64,000 nucleotides of DNA from Alphaproteobacteria bacterium (lineage in GTDB: Bacteria; Pseudomonadota; Alphaproteobacteria; UBA7887): the NCBI GenBank assembly GCA_030739735.1, contig JASLYQ010000010.1, positions 16,712-80,711 on the forward strand. Reading direction: 5' to 3'. Of the stretch, positions 60,427 to 64,000 are shown in pieces (the stretch's first letter is position 1; every line of letters begins with the position of its first letter). The notes beneath the pieces are model-generated. The model did not search any database. It saw only the letters and a list, made by a program, of their open reading frames with translations, and was not told the DNA's origin. A program made the position numbers and the translations under genes.

Positions 60427-61227
60427 ATGCGGGTCGGTGTTGCCGGCCTCGGCGCGATAGGCATGGCCGTGGCGCGGGGTCTTGACCGCGGCATTCCCGG
60501 ACTTACCTTGGGGGCCGTCGCAGCACGCAATCTCGACAGGGCTCACGAGCGAATCTCGGGGTTCGCTTACCCGCCCGAAGTGGTTCGAGCCGCAGATTTT
60601 GCTAGTTGCACTGACGTCATTGTTGAATGTGCGCCGGCCAGCGCGTTTCGCAGTATTGCCGAGCCGGCTCTTGCGGCAGGGCGTGTTCTTATCCCCGCGA
60701 GCATTGGGGCCCTGCTCTCCCACGAAGACCTTATCGGCCTGGCAGAGCGCAACGGCGGGCGCATCATCGCGCCGACGGGAGCCCTGATCGGCCTCGACGC
60801 CGTTCGCGCCGCCGCCGAGGACAAGATCGCCTCCGTGCGCATGGTCACGCGCAAGCCACCGGCATCGCTAGCCGGCGCCCCGTATCTGGCCAAACATGAT
60901 ATTCGCCTCGATGGCCTGTCGCAGCCCTTGAAAATCTTCGACGGCAACGCCCGCGAAGGCGCGCTAGGCTTCCCTGCCAACGTCAATGTCGCGGCGGCGC
61001 TGAGCCTTGCCGGAATCGGCCCCGAACGCACGCGGTTGGAGATCTGGGCCGACCCAGCCCTCAGCCGCAACACGCACCACATTGAGGTCGAGGCTAACAG
61101 TGCCCGGTTCTCTATGACGATAGAAAACGTGCCGAGCGACGAGAACCCCCGCACCGGTCGCATCACCGCGCTGAGTTTACTGGCAACATTGCGCCGCTTG
61201 ACCGGCACGCTGACGGTGGGGACTTAA
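60427..61227 (+). CDS. L-aspartate dehydrogenase-like protein (NadX/DUF108 family)
   Basis: MRVGVAGLGAIGMAVARGL is a Rossmann start, and the C-terminal …HHIEVEANSARFSMTIENVPSDENPRTGRI… is typical of NadX. The start was moved to ATG 60427. Confidence 0.6.
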   Translation: MRVGVAGLGAIGMAVARGLDRGIPGLTLGAVAARNLDRAHERISGFAYPPEVVRAADFASCTDVIVECAPASAFRSIAEPALAAGRVLIPASIGALLSHEDLIGLAERNGGRIIAPTGALIGLDAVRAAAEDKIASVRMVTRKPPASLAGAPYLAKHDIRLDGLSQPLKIFDGNAREGALGFPANVNVAAALSLAGIGPERTRLEIWADPALSRNTHHIEVEANSARFSMTIENVPSDENPRTGRITALSLLATLRRLTGTLTVGT

Positions 61228-61321
61228 ACAGCGTCACGGTTCCGCCTAGAACCGGACATAGTGCCGCCCAAACCGACTGGCCAATTACAAGCCCCGTTCT
61301 CGTCAAAGGTCGAAAAGTGCT

Positions 61322-62470
61322 TCAAGACGCGCACAGCAATCCTGGCAGGCTGGCGAACAAGTCACCCTCGCCAAACGCGCCGGCTTTGGTAACGAGACAA
61401 AGCTGACGGCCACGATAGAGTAGTCGCGACAATGGCACGTTCGGGGCGACCTCACCGAGCACAACAACGCGATGTATGCCGAGCGCTGCCAACACCGACG
61501 CGGCGGTGTCCCCGCCAGTGACCAGCAGCGTACCGAAGTGCCGGCGCTCGAGCACGGCAGCAACGCTCTCGCCAAGCGCTACCGCAACGGCTTCGGGTTG
61601 TGCATCAGTCTCAGCAGTGGTAACGCGCAGCAATGCATCGCCAGTCCCGGCAACCACCTTGTCGACATCGAGCTGGCCGCAGGGTGCAAGCCAGTCTTCG
61701 CAGTCGCCACGCGCCAGCAAGGCCGCGGCCTGTCTCCGCCCCGCAGCGGCGCGCGAGCCAAGCACCGAGAGAATGGGACGAGCAGCGGCGCCGGGCAGCC
61801 GCGGCGGCAACGGTTCCGGGACGAGCGCACCTGCGAGAGCACTGCCAAGACCGGCGGCCCCTGCCAGCAAGGCCGTTTCCGCTCGCTGCAAGGCCCAGTC
61901 GGCGATGGCCGCAAGATCGCCATCGCAGCTGGCATCAGCGATCCATGCGCGACGGCCGGCCCGGGGTGGCTCGTCACGCACCACCTCGCAGACGAGAGAT
62001 GGGTCGGCGGCCGCAAGCTGCTCCGCCAGCGGTCGCGCCGAAGTGCCGGAGATCGCATCGTGCACGTCCACGGTGTTCCCCAACGGCACACCGTGGACGT
62101 GAACCTCGCCGCCCACCACGGTACGCCCCTGCGACGGGACGGCGGGTGTTACGACGAGTTCCGTACGACCGCTAGCAGCCAACCCGGCCACAAGCTCGAC
62201 GGCGACATGGCCACGCAAAGTGGAATCGATCTTCTTGAACCAGACCGCAGGCGCCAGGCGCGCCATGGCGGCATAGCCCGCCTTGACCGCGGCTTGCGCT
62301 TCGGCAGCCGGCAGGTGCCGCGAAGCCGTCGTCAGCGATACCACATCACCATCGGTGGCAAGCCCATCGGGCGCGGTCGCCACCAGTGTGGTCATGCCCC
62401 GCGCTGCGAACGGCGCCGCCGCATCGAATGCGCCGGTCAGATCGTCGGCGACGATGCCAACTTGCGTCAA
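61322..62470 (-). CDS. Four-carbon acid sugar kinase (DUF1537/DUF1357; OtnK/DtnK family)
   Basis: MTQVGIVADDLTGAFDAAAPFAARG… is the hallmark N-terminus of DUF1537 kinases. 382 aa. Confidence 0.7.
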   Translation of the reverse strand: MTQVGIVADDLTGAFDAAAPFAARGMTTLVATAPDGLATDGDVVSLTTASRHLPAAEAQAAVKAGYAAMARLAPAVWFKKIDSTLRGHVAVELVAGLAASGRTELVVTPAVPSQGRTVVGGEVHVHGVPLGNTVDVHDAISGTSARPLAEQLAAADPSLVCEVVRDEPPRAGRRAWIADASCDGDLAAIADWALQRAETALLAGAAGLGSALAGALVPEPLPPRLPGAAARPILSVLGSRAAAGRRQAAALLARGDCEDWLAPCGQLDVDKVVAGTGDALLRVTTAETDAQPEAVAVALGESVAAVLERRHFGTLLVTGGDTAASVLAALGIHRVVVLGEVAPNVPLSRLLYRGRQLCLVTKAGAFGEGDLFASLPGLLCAS

Positions 62471-63432
62471 ACGGTCTCCAGCGGCGGCGTCTTGGCCATG
62501 CGCCGGGCATAAGCCAGGGCGGCCAACATGTTGGTGTGGTCCGCCTTGCCCGTCCAGGCGATGTCGAAAGCAGTGCCGTGGTCGACCGAGACGCGCTGTA
62601 TCGGCAGTCCCAGAGAGACATTCACCGTGGTCTCAAAGGCAATCAGCTTGGTCGGGATGTGACCCTGGTCATGGTAGTTCGCCACCACCAGATCGAACTC
62701 ACCACGGTGGGTACGGAAGAACACCGTATCGGGCGGATAGGGCCCGCTGGCGGCGATGCCTTCGGCCTGGGCCGCCTCGATCGCTGGCACAATCTCACGC
62801 GTGTCCTCGTCGCCGAACAGACCGCCCTCACCGCAATGGGGGTTAAGCCCAGCGCAGGCGATGCGCGGAGTCTCGACACCGAGACGGCGGAAATGGGTGT
62901 TCCCGGCCCGGATGGTCTCCAGCACTCGCGCCTTTCGCGTACGCCGGATCGCCTCGGTCAGAGACAGATGGGTCGAGACGTGGATACAGGACAGCGCATC
63001 CGAATAGAGCAACATAAATGACGACGGTGCCCCGCAGAGATGTTGGATCAGTCCGGTGTGGCCGTCATACTCGTGCCCGGCACGGTGCAGCGCCGTCTTG
63101 TTGAGTGGCGCCGTCACGATTACCGAGATCTCGCCCGCCCGTGCCATCTCCACCGCCTTGACCACGTAGCCATGGGCGGCGTGACCACCACCGGCGGAGA
63201 TCTCGCCATCGCGGATGCTCTCCTTCTTGGGCGTATCGACGGCGATCACTTTGACATCGTTGCCTATCGCGAGCCCCGCTCCTGTCACCCCGTTAGCTCG
63301 CGCGAGAATATCCGGATCACCGATCACGACGATGCCGTCACGAACCTCGGGCGGCAAAGTCGCCAATGCCTTGCACGTCACTTCGGGTCCGACTCCGCTG
63401 GGATCGCCCAGAGTAATTCCAAGTGGTTTCAT
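62467..63432 (-). CDS. PdxA-family NAD-dependent dehydrogenase (4-phospho-threonate / 4-hydroxythreonine-4-phosphate dehydrogenase-like, PdxA2)
   Basis: MKPLGITLGDPSGVGPEV… …HGTAFDIAWTGKADHTNM…. Its stop overlaps the kinase gene (ATGA). Confidence 0.75.
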   Translation of the reverse strand: MKPLGITLGDPSGVGPEVTCKALATLPPEVRDGIVVIGDPDILARANGVTGAGLAIGNDVKVIAVDTPKKESIRDGEISAGGGHAAHGYVVKAVEMARAGEISVIVTAPLNKTALHRAGHEYDGHTGLIQHLCGAPSSFMLLYSDALSCIHVSTHLSLTEAIRRTRKARVLETIRAGNTHFRRLGVETPRIACAGLNPHCGEGGLFGDEDTREIVPAIEAAQAEGIAASGPYPPDTVFFRTHRGEFDLVVANYHDQGHIPTKLIAFETTVNVSLGLPIQRVSVDHGTAFDIAWTGKADHTNMLAALAYARRMAKTPPLETV

Positions 63433-63879
63433 GGCCGAGAACCTAGCACAGCCAGTGGCCAGCGCGAATAATTCACGTCACCTACCACGGAGATATTCAA
63501 CCTGGTCGAAGCGCGTGTCGAATGGCACCAAACTCACGAAAAGGGAAGCCATCGCCGCAGGTAATCGCCGCGCTGACGCAGCGACAGACCGAGCCGCCCT
63601 GTGTCAGATGATCAGGCATCTGCTGATAGGGATACGGAGCTGCCGTAAATCACTGCCATGCGGCTGCGGGTTGCGGCGGGGTGTGAAACTCGGACTCGAT
63701 CGCATCCGGTAAGGGTACGACAGCGCCTTTCTCCTCCTGAGCGAGAGGCGCAGCACGGCGATCAACGCTGCTATGCCAATCTGGAATCGCATAGGCTGGA
63801 TAATTAGCACGAGAAGTGCTTGCACCGAGTTTACCTTTATGTTGTTTGCCAGTTTCCGAGGCCCATCAAAGACAAGGAG

Positions 63880-64000
63880 ATGGTAGTGACTCGCACGCAC
63901 AAGATCGCCGTGGTCGGCGGCGATGGAATCGGACCGGAAGTGGCCAGTGCGGGCATGCGCGTATTGCAGGCTGTGGCAGCGCTCGATGGCTTCACTCTTG
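63880..64000 (+). CDS. Isocitrate/isopropylmalate/tartrate dehydrogenase family protein, N-terminal fragment; gene runs off the window
   Basis: MVVTRTHKIAVVGGDGIGPEVASAGMRVLQAVAALDGF…, with the SD AAGGAGA 4 nt upstream of the ATG. Confidence 0.6.
   Translation, partial: MVVTRTHKIAVVGGDGIGPEVASAGMRVLQAVAALDGFTL

Noticed and set aside
62283-63021. Plus-strand ORFs of 187 aa and 211 aa overlapping the kinase and pdxA2 genes
   Set aside because: They are opposite strongly supported minus-strand genes and are Arg/Pro-rich, the typical antisense composition.

Overview
The window is high-GC (about 63%) alphaproteobacterial chromosomal DNA. The argH-tlpA, lysA-DUF4175 and ftsEX-DUF218-plsC synteny suggests a Bradyrhizobiaceae-like organism, but that is inference. 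Most of it is conserved housekeeping: a five-gene Dpp/Opp-type peptide ABC operon, argE, plsC-ydcF-ftsX-ftsE, a DUF3426 zinc-ribbon protein, a DUF4175 giant protein, lysA, a tiny lipoprotein, argH, tlpA, a GST, a thrH-like HAD phosphatase, an LCM-type methyltransferase, a DctPQM TRAP transporter, DUF1491, an SDR, an LLM oxidoreductase, and the canonical tRNA-Val/hupB/lon/clpX/clpP/tig/tRNA-Leu block. There are also an AceE-type E1 homologue with an Lrp regulator, a malonyl-CoA decarboxylase-crotonase operon, and Nnr. The most accessory-looking stretch runs from about 42.6 to 56.2 kb. It holds an OprO/P-type porin, SorAB sulfite dehydrogenase, a sulfotransferase, DUF3237, and then a histidine kinase with an NtrC-family regulator whose GAFTGA sigma-54-contact motif is degenerate. 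That pair sits next to a TonB-dependent receptor, ExbB, two ExbD paralogues and a repeat-rich TonB. Similar near-palindromic motifs recur in the two AT-rich regions upstream of the kinase/regulator operon and the receptor operon. Downstream are RidA, DUF1045, a VOC enzyme, a UbiD-family decarboxylase, an aspartate-dehydrogenase-like protein, and a DUF1537 kinase/PdxA2 pair followed by a TtuC-like dehydrogenase. I found no CRISPR array, no intact mobile element and no rRNA. Several start codons were re-placed by eye relative to the ORF track.
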